64,000 nt of DNA from the sequence record OQ349392.1. One strand, written 5' to 3'. The notes beneath the pieces were generated by a model. It saw nothing but the letters and a program-made list of their open reading frames with translations. It had not been told where the DNA came from and made no database searches. The DNA is from Escherichia phage KIT06. The stretch's first letter is position 1, and every line of letters starts with the position of its first letter. Of the stretch, positions 17,013-29,102 are shown piece by piece. The position numbers were made by a program, and so were the translations under genes.

Positions 17013-18802
17013 CGATAAACTGTAATATATGGTTGAATGTTAGTTATTGATGTTGGCGGAGTGTGAGTAGAGTTAGTAGATGCTTTAGCTTCACGGTATT
17101 TCGTGTAAACTGGACCGGATTCATCTGGGTCGTATTGACATCCACCAACAATGACTGATCCATTTTCATCAACTATTAGAACTTCTTCATCCGTTTCAGT
17201 TGCAGGAAGATTAGCATTTTCCAATGTAACAGAAGTAGAACCGCCTGTTCCACCCGCAGTATGTGAAGGATTTCCACCCGAATCTAAATCGTTGTTATTT
17301 AGAGCAAAGTTAGGGTCCGAAATATCTTCATTCCATCCAACTAAAACTTTTCCTTGCCCAAATAATTTCCATGAGCCGAATCCCATATATGTAACAGGGT
17401 TATTTGGATTAACAGCGTTTTCATATATAGTTCCAATAGGATAAATCGTATCAAAGATATTTGAAACAGCATTAAATTCGCGTTGATAGGATTGAACTGC
17501 TTCTACATTTGGCCAACCAATTTTATCGAAGTCTGTTAAATTTACATCACCGGAAATATCTACTCCCGGTCCTTGTGATACATAAAGATTATCAGTTTCA
17601 TCAATAATCTCATCTTTTGTTAATAATGTACCTAAATCATTATTAAACCAGGTGATATTGATAATGTCACCATGCTCAAATACTCTATCGAAATGTAAAA
17701 TTTCCGGTATGCCGTTTTCATCAGTTTCAACTGAATAATCGGTATGAGACTGTTCCCAAGTTCCACCTAGAACAGCGCATTCTACTTCATCGTCTGAATC
17801 AGCACCAACACAATGAAATAATGGCATTCCAACTGTTCCAGCCAATTCTTGTAAAATTCCATTAAAACGAACCTCAAGAGAATTAGGATTAATAGGTTCA
17901 CCTGGAATTAATCCAAAAGCTGAAAATGGAATTGATTTCATTGTTGATAAATCAGTAACGTAAATGCTTCCTTCTAAAGAAGTTTTTGACGTTAATTTTG
18001 AATCTAACAGTCTAATTTGGCGTCTTGTATATGAACTTCTCCATTGTGATACACCATCCATAAATGTTTCAATTTGAACAGTGTCACCAATATTACAAGG
18101 CTGTCTTAATCGAATATTAAATCCATCAAGAGGAACCAGTTCTCCTTCATTTTCGCCCGGAGAGCCAAAATCGCTGTTTTCACTAAATACATCGCCGTAA
18201 TACAATTCGTTACCACGATGTTTTACTCTGATGTTATTTACATTATAACTAGTTCCACGGAAAACATCTAAAAAGTCTGTTTGTCCTTGGACTTCGACTA
18301 AAAATTCTTTACGAGCTACATTACTAATGTCTGAACTGGTAATTTTGTCAATTTGCTTATTTTTGACATATTCCCAACGTCCTGGGGCGCAATACACTAA
18401 TTCCAAATCGCTGAATTGAACATTAATTTCAACTGGTACTGCAGACCCTTTAATCGTATCGCCGGAAGCAGCTACTAATGTAACTGGGTTGACGTTCCAT
18501 GTAGCAAATACGTCTCTAGCTCTAATTACCTTGTTGTAATCATTGACAGTTCCTTTTGGAAGATTTATAGTTACTCTTCCAGAAGAGGTATTAATAGCGT
18601 ATGATTTTCCCCACTCAGCTTTTAGTGTTTGGCCAGATGAAGCATCATAAGTTTTCCAGGCACCGGCTGAATATGGAACATCTCCATCACCAAGCTCGTA
18701 ATAAAGCTCATCAAAGTTTTCATTTATTTTTATACCACCTTTACGCAGGTAGTCACCGGTACCATCATCAACAACATTACCGATATTAATATTTTGTTTC
18801 AT
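16994..18802 (-). CDS. 10: baseplate wedge protein gp10
   Basis: 602-aa ORF; size and synteny match T4. Confidence 0.93.
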   Translation of the reverse strand: MKQNINIGNVVDDGTGDYLRKGGIKINENFDELYYELGDGDVPYSAGAWKTYDASSGQTLKAEWGKSYAINTSSGRVTINLPKGTVNDYNKVIRARDVFATWNVNPVTLVAASGDTIKGSAVPVEINVQFSDLELVYCAPGRWEYVKNKQIDKITSSDISNVARKEFLVEVQGQTDFLDVFRGTSYNVNNIRVKHRGNELYYGDVFSENSDFGSPGENEGELVPLDGFNIRLRQPCNIGDTVQIETFMDGVSQWRSSYTRRQIRLLDSKLTSKTSLEGSIYVTDLSTMKSIPFSAFGLIPGEPINPNSLEVRFNGILQELAGTVGMPLFHCVGADSDDEVECAVLGGTWEQSHTDYSVETDENGIPEILHFDRVFEHGDIINITWFNNDLGTLLTKDEIIDETDNLYVSQGPGVDISGDVNLTDFDKIGWPNVEAVQSYQREFNAVSNIFDTIYPIGTIYENAVNPNNPVTYMGFGSWKLFGQGKVLVGWNEDISDPNFALNNNDLDSGGNPSHTAGGTGGSTSVTLENANLPATETDEEVLIVDENGSVIVGGCQYDPDESGPVYTKYREAKASTNSTHTPPTSITNIQPYITVYRWIRIA

Positions 18803-19668
18803 TATTGAGCCACCCCGATTTTCTGCGTAGCGATAACTTTAACTGCTGCTCTCATACCGACAGTTGAAGAACTTATAGTCGCCGTTACATAATTTTCTTT
18901 AATACTAAATGCAATGTTAGCGATTTCGTCTTCTTCGGTTTCATTCCCAACTCGCATGACAGCATATTCAGAAGAAATGACCTCTGAATTAACAGTATCC
19001 ACAAGAATATTTATTTCTGCCGTTTTAATTTTTCTTCCATCTACTGATTGGCATGTAACTAACAATTTAGCCATGTTATATTCAGTACGATGAAATAGTG
19101 GAATATCAACTGATCCGGATGTAGAAATATTCCATGTACCTTCAGCTGGCGATTCCTTTTGACCAAACATACTTTCAATAGAATAATTCCAAACTGATGT
19201 AGAATTATCAGATGAAATACAACGTAAAGTTACTTTACTATATGGGCTAGTTACTACCAAATTACCTGAAACACCTTTAATTGAATCAATAGCTTGAATC
19301 GTTAAAGGATTAGTAACTGATATTGATCCATTTGAGTTAATAAATTCAACGCAGTCGCCAAGTTCGCCTCTTTCAATGATAACTTTAACACCTACAGTAG
19401 AGGTATCAATATCATGTCTAGTGCCAACTTTTACTGGAGTTGCGTACTCTGCGATAGAGTGTTTTTGATAATATCCAGTAGCATGGATAATTTGGCCATC
19501 TGCTCCAGTGCCATTTGCTACTGCCATTTTACGTTGATCGCCAAACGCATTATAAATTGCGTTAAAATCACTATTAATTTTATTACCACCGTCGAATAAG
19601 ATATCACCAGTAGAAGCGTTACCAATTTCGCCGGTATCAATCAATTTCTTTGGTTCTTGAATGAACAT
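18802..19668 (-). CDS. 9: baseplate wedge protein gp9 (long tail fibre socket)
   Basis: 288-aa ORF; size and synteny match T4. Confidence 0.93.
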   Translation of the reverse strand: MFIQEPKKLIDTGEIGNASTGDILFDGGNKINSDFNAIYNAFGDQRKMAVANGTGADGQIIHATGYYQKHSIAEYATPVKVGTRHDIDTSTVGVKVIIERGELGDCVEFINSNGSISVTNPLTIQAIDSIKGVSGNLVVTSPYSKVTLRCISSDNSTSVWNYSIESMFGQKESPAEGTWNISTSGSVDIPLFHRTEYNMAKLLVTCQSVDGRKIKTAEINILVDTVNSEVISSEYAVMRVGNETEEDEIANIAFSIKENYVTATISSSTVGMRAAVKVIATQKIGVAQ

Positions 19669-19692
19669 AGCGGTTTCCTTATGAGTTTATAG

Positions 19693-19700
19693 TATTTATA
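19693..19700 (-). promoter_or_regulatory. late promoter (TATAAATA) for gene 9
   Basis: Plus strand tatttata at 19693-19700, about 25 nt upstream of the gene 9 start. Confidence 0.65.
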
Positions 19701-19708
19701 AAGAAAAA

Positions 19709-19726
19709 GGGAGCCCATGGGCTCCC
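19709..19726 (-). terminator. rho-independent terminator downstream of gene 8
   Basis: Perfect palindrome gggagccc-at-gggctccc just past the gene 8 stop, followed on the minus strand by ctttttcttt. Confidence 0.7.
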
Positions 19727-19731
19727 TTAAT

Positions 19732-20736
19732 TTAAAATGTAAACAGAATATTGATTTCTTCTGTTTGATCCATTGCCATGATAATAGGTGGCCTATTTTC
19801 CATATAAATCATTTCGCCCGAATGCCTCATTAAATCTTCCGGATCATAATAATCCTTTTCAGCTTTAACGTTTGGGTCATTTGGATGAGCTTTAGCTTCA
19901 AGAGGATTCGTGATTATTGATATTTGTCTAAATCCTTTATTTCCTGGCAATGCAGCTTCAGGAAAATAAACTGAATCTAAATATGCTTTAAAACGGATAG
20001 TATTTGCCTTAACCCGATAAATTAATCCAAAATCGTCTTGTTGCCAAGTGAGATTATCTTCATATCCCCATCTAGTCGGGTCTTCTTTTAATTCCTCAGG
20101 CCAAGGAACCACGATATATTCATTCGTACATCTATTTATAGATACATCAGGCGGAATCTCAAATAGATATTCCCACACATACCCGTCTCCGGGTTCAATT
20201 GTTCCTTCAGCATCTCCTCGACCTTCAGGAGGAGTCATTGACCTAGCAGAAGGAGTCCATTTTCCACCTAACTTAAGGCATTCATCCTTATCAGTTAAAG
20301 ATGCTATTGAACACATTCCTGTGTCAGGAACATCTAAACAACGATATACTAACCAGCCTGCGCCTGATTCGGTAGCATTGTAAGGAGCTGAGTTACACAC
20401 TACAATATCATTAATTCTAAATGTGTATGGATCCGGATATCTAGTATCTCCCCAATCTCTGCGAGGAATAACTGCATCAAGCATTGATGGAAGAACTTTT
20501 ACTGTTCCCATCATATGAGTCCACATGTCAGTTACACCTAATACAGAATCGGTAGGATAAGGTGGGGCAAAGCCCACCTCATTTTCATTTGATGACCACG
20601 GTTCTGATCTTCCAAATGTGATAAAGATAGTGTTTTTATCCGGACCACTTCCAATTGAATTATAAAAATTCAACATTTTTTCTGTTCTAAATTTTGAAGT
20701 AACTATCGCACGATAGATAACACTTGAATCATTCAT
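19732..20736 (-). CDS. 8: baseplate wedge protein gp8
   Basis: 334-aa ORF; size and synteny match T4. Confidence 0.93.
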   Translation of the reverse strand: MNDSSVIYRAIVTSKFRTEKMLNFYNSIGSGPDKNTIFITFGRSEPWSSNENEVGFAPPYPTDSVLGVTDMWTHMMGTVKVLPSMLDAVIPRRDWGDTRYPDPYTFRINDIVVCNSAPYNATESGAGWLVYRCLDVPDTGMCSIASLTDKDECLKLGGKWTPSARSMTPPEGRGDAEGTIEPGDGYVWEYLFEIPPDVSINRCTNEYIVVPWPEELKEDPTRWGYEDNLTWQQDDFGLIYRVKANTIRFKAYLDSVYFPEAALPGNKGFRQISIITNPLEAKAHPNDPNVKAEKDYYDPEDLMRHSGEMIYMENRPPIIMAMDQTEEINILFTF

Positions 20737-23700
20737 CTATTTTAACCTGTGTTGGATTTTCAGGGTCTCTTGGATTTCCTATATCGTCTTTTAGACGTTT
20801 ATTAACTAAATCCCTAAATTGTGCAAATGTTGTTCCAGATGCATCAAATAAAGGACTCATTAATTTACGTCGTTCAGACGGCAATTGACCTTGAAATATT
20901 GAATTATTATTTTCAGCATTATAGTCATCAGGAAGAGGATATTTTACACCAGCCATTGGGCCAGGTTCATAAATTGCTTCGCCTGTTACCGAATCATGCT
21001 CAATTTCACCAGCTGGAGTCAATTTAGCTACTCTATCAGCATATTCAGTAGGCAATCCAGAATCCCATTTATAGTTTTTGTATTTATTAATTATAGTCTC
21101 TGTATGTTTAAGAGTTAAACCAACATTAATAAACATCGTTAAAAGAGTAATTGCTATAAATCCAAATCCTACTGGATGAACAAAACGAATAACGTCGGAT
21201 TTCCAGCGGGAAGAAGGCAAATTGGATTTAATTTTCATTACATAATATGATCGACTTCTATTAATATAGTCTATATTATTTTGAAGCAAATCCTTCCCTT
21301 TAACTCCACGAATAATTTCGCCTTCAAAACTAGGGAGTCTTTCTGCTTTAACTTCTTGACCGGCAATTAATCTTCCTAAAAGATTATGAATAGTTACAGT
21401 CCATTGCAATTTACCGTTAGAATAACTTCTTTCTATATAAGTAACATTACATCTTCCTGTGGCTGTATAAATCGTTTGTCCTACTAAGTCTTCAGTCAAA
21501 GAATCAGATTGAACGATTATATCATATTCAGTACCAGCCCCAGATTCAATTTCAATTTCAACCTCTTCATTATAAAGAACTTTAAAAAGAAATTTGTATG
21601 ATGCTTCAATTCCTTTAGTAGAATAAAAATCATAGCTACGTGATTCGAAAAATCTTGGTACCAGCCCCAGATTCAATTTCAATTTCAACCTCTTCATTAT
21701 AAAGAACTTTAAAAAGAAATTTGTATGATGCTTCAATTCCTTTAGTAGAATAAAAATCATAGCTACGTGATTCGAAAAATCTTGCAACAGCATCACGTTT
21801 GTCAGCATTTAAATAAATGTTTCTTTTATATATCTCTGACCACAAATATTCCCATGCATGCTCTTCTCGTGGATATTTGTTACGAATTAAATTTCGTAAA
21901 TTGTTATATTGGGTTCCATATCCATCAGAAAGATATTGAATATATGCTTCGCAAAATGCCTCAAAATTCGAATCCTGTAACAAATAAGAATCAGGCATCA
22001 TTGTGCCAATCAATGGTCTTAAATCAGGGTCAGCTAATCCACGCTCTTCTTCAGGCGACCAAGGAGTTTCATGCTCTTGGTTTTGTAAAAATGCTTTTAA
22101 AAATACTTCAGTTGGCTTCCAAATAATTTCTACAGTGTCTCTAACACGATAGTTAAAATCATAGTAAGAAATTATTTCACCAGAAGCTTTATAGAAAAGC
22201 ATCCCAGATGCATATTTTTTAAATCCAGTGAATTTAACATTTGGCATTACTATAGTGCAATCGCCATCGTCCCAATATTCATGAACTAATCTATCTGGTG
22301 ATGTTTCCGGAATATTTTCTATAACTTTAGTGTATTTTAAATCAGCATAAACTACTACAACCCTATCAGAGTTGTTTATCCAACAACGTGTGTTAGATTT
22401 TTTAGACCAGTTAAAGAATGGTTCAGCGTAGTATTTCATCGGCTGAGGAGTAAAAGTTTCCCAATCAGACTTTTCATCTGCTATAAATGCCATCATATGA
22501 TAATGCTTATCAGCTAGCCATTCACGAGGAAATTCATATTTAACGGCACCGATTAACTGATATTTTGCTGCAGTTTCAGGGTCATTAACAACATTATCAC
22601 TTAAAAATTTAAAATTACTCGATGATAGAGAAACTAATTTACCATCAGTTGACATATTCGCATACCCTGGTTGAATACGTCTTCTTTCTTCTTCAGTGTT
22701 GCCAAAAACTCTTTTCCATGTTTTTGTGTCATGATTTAAAACATATATTCCTTTATCAGCAGAATCAATTATTTTTGATGTTCTAGGATTAGCATTTAAT
22801 GTTTCAACTTCACCAATAATAAGAGCAAAAACTTTATCACCGACAGAATCCATTTTATAGCATACTGCTTTAGGATTTCCGGTTATAGTCATAGTATCAG
22901 GTTCAAAAAGTCTTTCCGAATATGTCGGAGATAATGGATCAGAATCTATAGGTGCATTACTCGTTTTTATGTATCTAACTTTGTCTCTGGCGACAACGTA
23001 AATGTAATCATCGGTGCAAGTAATAGCTTCTGCAATGCGATATACATTAGCTGGTAAAGTCGCGTAAGTGGCAAAAATTTCTACATCAAATCCTAGATGT
23101 AATTGGTCACCGAGTTTAGCGAATGTTATATCCTGCGAACTAAATCTGACATCATCAGCTGACCATCTAACATCAGTCGATTTGCGGCCATAGAAAATCT
23201 TGTCGTATCCTAGAACGTATGTTGTGTTCGCAGATTGGTAATATACTGTCTTAGATAAAGGATATCCTACGCGGTCATTGAAGAGCTTTACAGCTTTCCA
23301 GGTTTGTCCTTTATCATTAGATACTTTAACTACAGGTTGATAACGCTCAAAAAGATATAGAATCCCTTCTGATTCCATCAAATAAACTCGGTTAATATCC
23401 TTACATACTTGCTGAATAGAACCTTGTATTTCATGATACTCATTTTCACCAATAATAAAATTACTTATTGATGAAACATCAACATATGATGGGCTGAATT
23501 GAAACGATTCATTCATCAATGCAGCCATTATAGTGTCATTGTTAAAATTGACATAATCAGAATTATTAAGAGTAAATTTTTCCTGAATGAATTTATTAGC
23601 TAATTGCATTTCAATCATGTTTTGAAATGTATAAGCATTTGTAGCAAAAGTTTCAAACTCTTCGGTATAAATCCAATCAGACTGCTCAAAATCTTGTGCA

Positions 23701-23954
23701 GCTGTAGCTACTCTAATAACGTATGATGTCAATGGGTCAGCATCATCAAAAAAGAAGCTGTTATTTGCAGTATATCCTAAGTTAATCCATCTGTATTGAT
23801 TACTCGGGAGATTTTCCCCCGAGTTTGTTTTTGTCTCAGCGATTTCTACAAAATAGTAGAAATTAGCACCAACGTCATCCCAGCGTACTTGCACCTGATT
23901 TGCGGATAACTTGGAAATTCTGAGACTAGTGACTGAAGGTGCTTTTACTGTCAT
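20729..23954 (-). pseudogene. 7: baseplate wedge initiator gp7, reading frame interrupted by a 127-bp perfect tandem duplication
   Basis: Two overlapping track ORFs (21636..23954, 772 aa; 20729..21808, 359 aa) share the peptide RFFESRSYDFYSTKGIEASYKFLFKVLYNEEVEIEIESGAGT; the span is 3226 nt and deleting one 127-nt copy gives 3099 nt = 1033 codons, the T4 gp7 length. Confidence 0.9.
21531..21784. repeat. perfect direct tandem duplication, 2 x 127 bp (21531-21657 and 21658-21784)
   Basis: The two units read identically base for base; 127 is not a multiple of 3. Confidence 0.95.
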
Positions 23955-25933
23955 TGTGATATAGGCTCCAAATCGATAGTTAAGTATTGTGGACGTAAGT
24001 CATTTTCAAATACAATCAGTGAACCATCGCGAGTAAAGATAACATCATCGGTTGGGTCAGAATATAATTCAATAGTCTGAACTTCAAATTTTTCAGATGT
24101 TAAATTAATTTTAGCGATATTCCAATAAATCACATCAGCTGGATAATTTATTTCACCGATAACATAGTATTTGTCGCGTCCATCAGAATTTGCTAATTTG
24201 TTAAAATCGTTGCCTGTATACGGCTGAATGTTTTCATTTTCTGTAACATCGCCAGAAGCAAATGGACCAATAATAACTTTACCAATTCCTTTAGAATCTC
24301 GGTCTGTTGATACTATGCGAACGTCATATAATACATCTTCTTCTAAACCAGTATCAGGATTTACAACCTTTCGTCCAGAATTAAATGAAAACGTATTAGA
24401 TTCCATAGAACGATCTTTTATTTGATTATTGTATTTAATACCTGCTTCAGGCGTTTTATAGAAGTTTTGTACTTCACGAACAATTTGAATTGTCGCTGAT
24501 GAACCAATGATAGAATGATCTGCATCATCTACATATGTCAACATCTTAGATTTAGCGAAAGATGAGTTAAAAATTTCTACGTCTTCGGTATAATAACGAT
24601 CAATTTTATCAATTATTTGACCTTCAAGCCACTGTTCGGATTCTTGCAGCTTATTTAAAGCATATGTGACTTTTAAATTAGTCTTAATAAAAAGATAATT
24701 AGGAGAAATAATTGATGGCGTAATAGGAGCTAAATTATAGTCTTTGAGATAATTTTTAATATCTTCGCGTTGTACAGTAGTTAAATACAACCCTGATTTA
24801 GGTTTAGCAGCAATAAATGCATAACCAGGTTTAGTAGAATCAGTGAAAGTCTGAACTGCTTGAATAATAGAACCAAATCTCTCTGAAACGAATGTATCAT
24901 AGTCAGTCGCAGTTACGCAGCGTTGCTGGGTTTCACGTTTAATAGTACCCAATTCGCGAATACGTTCAATATCTTCTGGGTCACCGCCGCCATCTGCCCC
25001 AACAAAATCTGGGTCATCGTTTGGATTTTCATTAATGTTGATGACAGTTATATTTGTTAATGTATCTGCGTATGAAAATCCGACTGCGCCATTCGCATCG
25101 GCACCGTTAGTACTGATGTACTCAATAACAATCGTAGAGTTCTGGGTAGGTTTAAGACCTCCAATGTAATTAGCGGTCAATGCTCCTTCTGCCGCATTAA
25201 CAGAAATCTCACCTTCACCAAAATAAAATTCAGTATTTCCATCAATAGTTTCACGCATGTAGTAAATTGTTGATGTAGAACCAGCATGAACCATTGACTT
25301 TCTTGTCCAGTTAATCCATTCTGCTCCATCAACATACAGCTTAACTTGGTTTCTATCTATATTTTTGTCATAAATGATAATAGGTGTTAATTTATCATAA
25401 ATGATTTCAGTTCTTACTATACGTCCCTGGGCTAATTTTAAACGCGGAAAATATTGGTTATTTTTATCGCGAATAGCAATAACATCTTCGGTAGAGACAA
25501 AGTTATAAGGATTAACAGAAGTATCCTTTGCATATGCTAAAAAGCGAGTACCACGAGGAATAGTAATGTAATTTCTATTCAATGCGTCTGTACAAGTTAG
25601 CATAATTTCAGTTTGAGCAGCTGATTTTGAAGTAGGTAAATATCCATTATCTTGTGCAGCTTGAACTACTGAACTACGTAAGTTAGCAGTACGCATAAAG
25701 CTTTCATACACGGCAGCATTACCAAACTGCTGAATGTATAATGTGTTATAAGCCAAAAGGTCGCACAGAACGTTTAATCTTGAGCCTTCAAAATCATAAT
25801 CCAAAAATTCATTTTGACCATTAAGCCATTCAATGAGGTTTTGTTTTATTTCAGCAAATGTACCCCCGACGAATATCTCGGGAATAGCATTTGCTGTTCT
25901 TGTTAATTGATAATTTACAGGGGTATTTGCCAT
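23951..25933 (-). CDS. 6: baseplate wedge protein gp6
   Basis: 660-aa ORF; size and synteny match T4. Confidence 0.93.
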   Translation of the reverse strand: MANTPVNYQLTRTANAIPEIFVGGTFAEIKQNLIEWLNGQNEFLDYDFEGSRLNVLCDLLAYNTLYIQQFGNAAVYESFMRTANLRSSVVQAAQDNGYLPTSKSAAQTEIMLTCTDALNRNYITIPRGTRFLAYAKDTSVNPYNFVSTEDVIAIRDKNNQYFPRLKLAQGRIVRTEIIYDKLTPIIIYDKNIDRNQVKLYVDGAEWINWTRKSMVHAGSTSTIYYMRETIDGNTEFYFGEGEISVNAAEGALTANYIGGLKPTQNSTIVIEYISTNGADANGAVGFSYADTLTNITVININENPNDDPDFVGADGGGDPEDIERIRELGTIKRETQQRCVTATDYDTFVSERFGSIIQAVQTFTDSTKPGYAFIAAKPKSGLYLTTVQREDIKNYLKDYNLAPITPSIISPNYLFIKTNLKVTYALNKLQESEQWLEGQIIDKIDRYYTEDVEIFNSSFAKSKMLTYVDDADHSIIGSSATIQIVREVQNFYKTPEAGIKYNNQIKDRSMESNTFSFNSGRKVVNPDTGLEEDVLYDVRIVSTDRDSKGIGKVIIGPFASGDVTENENIQPYTGNDFNKLANSDGRDKYYVIGEINYPADVIYWNIAKINLTSEKFEVQTIELYSDPTDDVIFTRDGSLIVFENDLRPQYLTIDLEPISQ

Positions 25934-25941
25934 TTTAAATC

Positions 25942-26235
25942 CTATTTAATGAATACTTTAGATGATGCCTGAGCCACAGTATCACCGCATGATATTGGAT
26001 CAGCCATTTGAACAGCTTTCTTTCCAGTGACATATACCTTAGAAGTTCTAGGTTGTGTCACTCCGCCATGTGTTTCATATGGCTTTTTAATTTCTGTATG
26101 TTCTGTAATTGGATCACCTGCTACGAGAACAGCAATTCCTCCAGTGAATACTTTACTTTGTGTAGCATTTACAACCGTTGGAGGCCATGCTTCATGGCCG
26201 GCAGTAACACACTTATCATAACTTAATCCTGACAT
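25942..26235 (-). CDS. 5.4: baseplate spike tip protein gp5.4 (PAAR-like)
   Basis: 97-aa ORF directly downstream of 5.1/5; size matches T4 gp5.4. Confidence 0.85.
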
Positions 26236-26793
26236 TTATGGCCTCTCATACACATAGCTTCTCAATTTATTAGCCCAACGACTCCAATTTCCAACTATAG
26301 TTTTTGTGTAATTTTTAACAAGAGTTTTTCTTATTGGAGCTGGAGGATTCGTTGGTTCAGTAGTATCAGAAGATGACCTAGAATTACTGCCAGAACCTCC
26401 AGATTCACCTTGTTCTTGGTAGTCATATATTAATGTTACTTCGTAAGTGAATGTCTTCTGGAGGTTTTGAGGAGCTTTCCACAAATATAACTGAGTATTA
26501 GAATCAGTTGGAAGGTCTTCCCATGAAGCAGCAGTTTTAAATTCATTATCTAAACGATATTTCAGCGCATCATTTCCAAATCCAAATACAGATTCATACG
26601 TTCCATATAAACGATTTTCTTCTACTAAAACCCCAGGAGTTTCTTCGTAACTAGTTATATTTATAGATACTAACGTTTCACCCGTTTCTAATTGAGCGGT
26701 AAAGGTGACGTCGATAGAAGAACCTTCCATGGATTCTCCTAAATCAGCGCTCATTGGAAGTATATTAGCCAATGTCAATCCTCGATCCATCAA
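26236..26793 (-). CDS. 5.1: gp5.1-like protein
   Basis: 185-aa ORF between gene 5 and 5.4, overlapping the gene 5 3' end. Confidence 0.75.
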
Positions 26794-28492
26794 TTGTGTA
26801 TTGACCAGATGAAATAGAACTCATAGATGCCATTTTTTCTGTCCAATCACCACCAACGTCCCAGTCAACCGTCCCAGCAACTTTCCAAGAAAGATTTCCA
26901 TTTACTGTATTAGTCTGATTTCCTTCAACTAAAGTGGTAGCATCCCCTTTAACTGTAATGTCAGCATTACCTTCAACTACAATAGTAACATTACCTTTGA
27001 CTAGGATAGTTCCATTACCTTCAACCGTCTTAGTTTCATCGCCACGCACAAATATTGTGTTGCTTCCATCTATTTGGTGAAGACGATTATCCATGTTGTA
27101 ATAAATTTCTGATCCACCGACGTTAGTCTTTTTATCGCCGGCTACTAAAAAATTACCATCAGCATTTGTTATATCATACAAATTATCAACAGTTTTTCTT
27201 GTTCTTCTTCCTGACGGTGATACTTCCTCATATGTTCCAGTCGGATGAACTAATCTGTATCGTTCTTGTCCCGGGGTATCGTCAAATTCCTGAATATGAC
27301 CGCTTTCAGTTTCCATTGTATGAACATACGGATATTCACCTTTATATGAAGAAACAGGTTCTTTGAATAAAATTCTCGAATCATTCGGAATAGGAGGATC
27401 AGCTGGATCAGAAGACTTTGCTACAGTAGCAGCCATTGCAGACAAAGACCTAGCTGGCGTTTTCACTTCAATACCGTATGATTCCAAATTCCCGGTAAGA
27501 ATAATCATGGTAACACGGGATGCACGGCCTTTTGTTTGTTGATACCACAATGAATCACGACCGGCTTTATATGCTTTTTCCCAATCTCCGGCTAACATAG
27601 CAGTTAACATTGTGTTAAATTTAGCTACACCGCCAACACCCATCTGAAATGCCATATTTTCTAATGCCATTTGACGAGAACGATTAACTGCCTGCCAAAC
27701 TGGGCCAACTTTAGAATGTGATTTAATGTCACGTTGCATATCAGCCAAATCACGTTCAAATAAAGTTACCGCTTCTTCCATTGTAATAGAACCTGGATTT
27801 CCGGTAATTTCACGACCAACTTGTTTTGATAAAACTTTATTAATTTGGGCCATATCACGAACTGGCTGCTTCATGATAAGATGACCAATACCAATTGTCG
27901 GATATCCTTCGGTATCCCAATAAACTTTTAGTCTTAATCCTTCATCACGGCGAAGCATTTCAGCCATTGACATATTTGGATTATCATCAGTTGGAATCTC
28001 TGATAGTGGTCTATCATCGGGATTTATCGCAGTATCTAAATTACTATCTTGGATAATATTAGAAGACGAATCATATCCTACTTCTCCGCCTTGGTTTAAT
28101 ACGTTAGTATCATTTCCTAGACGTCTAGGATACTGTCCAGTCGGGTCAGAAAATCCTTCAAGTCTATTAGGCTTTTCGCGAACTATTCCGCCATATGTGC
28201 CAAGAACAATTCCGTTAGTTTTCCATTTGTCTAAAAAATGACCATAAACTCTAGTTCCTTCTACTGGCCCTGTAACAGAACCTCCAATTCCAGACATTGC
28301 TGCAGAAGTTATAGGTTGAATAACTGACATCCAAGGCAATTTATCAGTTGGAATACCCATTACATCGCCTTGCGCTCTTTGAGGTGGATGCAGACCAACT
28401 ACACGAACACGAACACGACCTAATTTTAATGGGTCCATTCTATCTTCAACAACACCAACAAACCAATTAAGATTATTACTTATCATTTCCAT
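26765..28492 (-). CDS. 5: baseplate hub and tail lysozyme gp5
   Basis: 575-aa ORF; lysozyme-like core (RRDEGLRLKVYWDTEGYPTIGIGHL) resembling the e lysozyme; C-terminal VxGxxxxx beta-helix repeats. Confidence 0.96.
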   Translation of the reverse strand: MEMISNNLNWFVGVVEDRMDPLKLGRVRVRVVGLHPPQRAQGDVMGIPTDKLPWMSVIQPITSAAMSGIGGSVTGPVEGTRVYGHFLDKWKTNGIVLGTYGGIVREKPNRLEGFSDPTGQYPRRLGNDTNVLNQGGEVGYDSSSNIIQDSNLDTAINPDDRPLSEIPTDDNPNMSMAEMLRRDEGLRLKVYWDTEGYPTIGIGHLIMKQPVRDMAQINKVLSKQVGREITGNPGSITMEEAVTLFERDLADMQRDIKSHSKVGPVWQAVNRSRQMALENMAFQMGVGGVAKFNTMLTAMLAGDWEKAYKAGRDSLWYQQTKGRASRVTMIILTGNLESYGIEVKTPARSLSAMAATVAKSSDPADPPIPNDSRILFKEPVSSYKGEYPYVHTMETESGHIQEFDDTPGQERYRLVHPTGTYEEVSPSGRRTRKTVDNLYDITNADGNFLVAGDKKTNVGGSEIYYNMDNRLHQIDGSNTIFVRGDETKTVEGNGTILVKGNVTIVVEGNADITVKGDATTLVEGNQTNTVNGNLSWKVAGTVDWDVGGDWTEKMASMSSISSGQYTIDGSRIDIG

Positions 28493-29066
28493 AAGATTTC
28501 TCCATTATACGTATAAGGTCGTTCATAAATGAATTGATGTCTGATTTTGCTATTATTTTTATTTGACGAAGTTTTTCATTTTCAAGAACAGCAGCTTCAT
28601 ACGTATCGACCGCAGCAAGTGCTCCTTCGTATTGAGGATATTTTCTAGCTTTATCGCCTTTGTCATACCAAACATACGGATTATCATCGTATGATATTAA
28701 ATTATAAAATTTTTCACCATTCTCATTCACGTGATATACTATTTGGTCTCCACCTACATTTTTGTATTTTTGTATAGATGCTTGATAAGCAGCTTCTTGC
28801 GAAGTAATCCATCCATAATACGGATCGTAATTATCATTACACATCAATAAAACCCAATACAACTGCGGATTTCCATATATAGCATTTGCTAATTCTTCCG
28901 GGCGTGGTGAACCTTTAATATAATAAGTACGTAAGCGATATCCCGCAAGAGCGCGTTTGAAATAGTCTTTATAGTTTCTAAAAATATCTGTCATAGGAAT
29001 AGTCGGCGCGTTTTTATTCACCGTTTTGGCCGCATATTCAATCGGATCAAAAAATGTAAAGAGCAT
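28476..29066 (-). CDS. 53: baseplate wedge protein gp53
   Basis: 196-aa ORF; size and synteny match T4 gp53. Confidence 0.88.
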   Translation of the reverse strand: MLFTFFDPIEYAAKTVNKNAPTIPMTDIFRNYKDYFKRALAGYRLRTYYIKGSPRPEELANAIYGNPQLYWVLLMCNDNYDPYYGWITSQEAAYQASIQKYKNVGGDQIVYHVNENGEKFYNLISYDDNPYVWYDKGDKARKYPQYEGALAAVDTYEAAVLENEKLRQIKIIAKSDINSFMNDLIRIMEKSYGNDK

Positions 29067-29079
29067 GGGCCCTCCTGTT

Positions 29080-29087
29080 TATAAATA
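29080..29087 (+). promoter_or_regulatory. late promoter (TATAAATA) for gene 4
   Basis: tataaata at 29080-29087, 27 nt upstream of the gene 4 ATG (29114). Confidence 0.7.
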
Positions 29088-29094
29088 TATTATC

Positions 29095-29102
29095 TATTTA
29101 TA
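29095..29102 (-). promoter_or_regulatory. late promoter (TATAAATA on minus strand) for gene 53
   Basis: Plus strand tatttata at 29095-29102, about 29 nt upstream of the gene 53 start (29066); divergent with the gene 4 promoter. Confidence 0.7.

Noticed and set aside
21531-21784. Possibility that the gene 7 duplication is bypassed by ribosome hopping, as in T4 gene 60
   Set aside because: The gene 60 bypass is 50 nt with matched take-off and landing codons and specific structure; nothing comparable is evident here and 127 nt of duplicated coding sequence is far better explained by a duplication or assembly error
28476-28492. Overlapping gene pairs (5/53, 16/17, 10/11 and others) considered as frameshift or fusion candidates
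   Set aside because: Short overlaps, often ATGA, are the normal compact arrangement of these phage genes and each ORF has the expected T4 length
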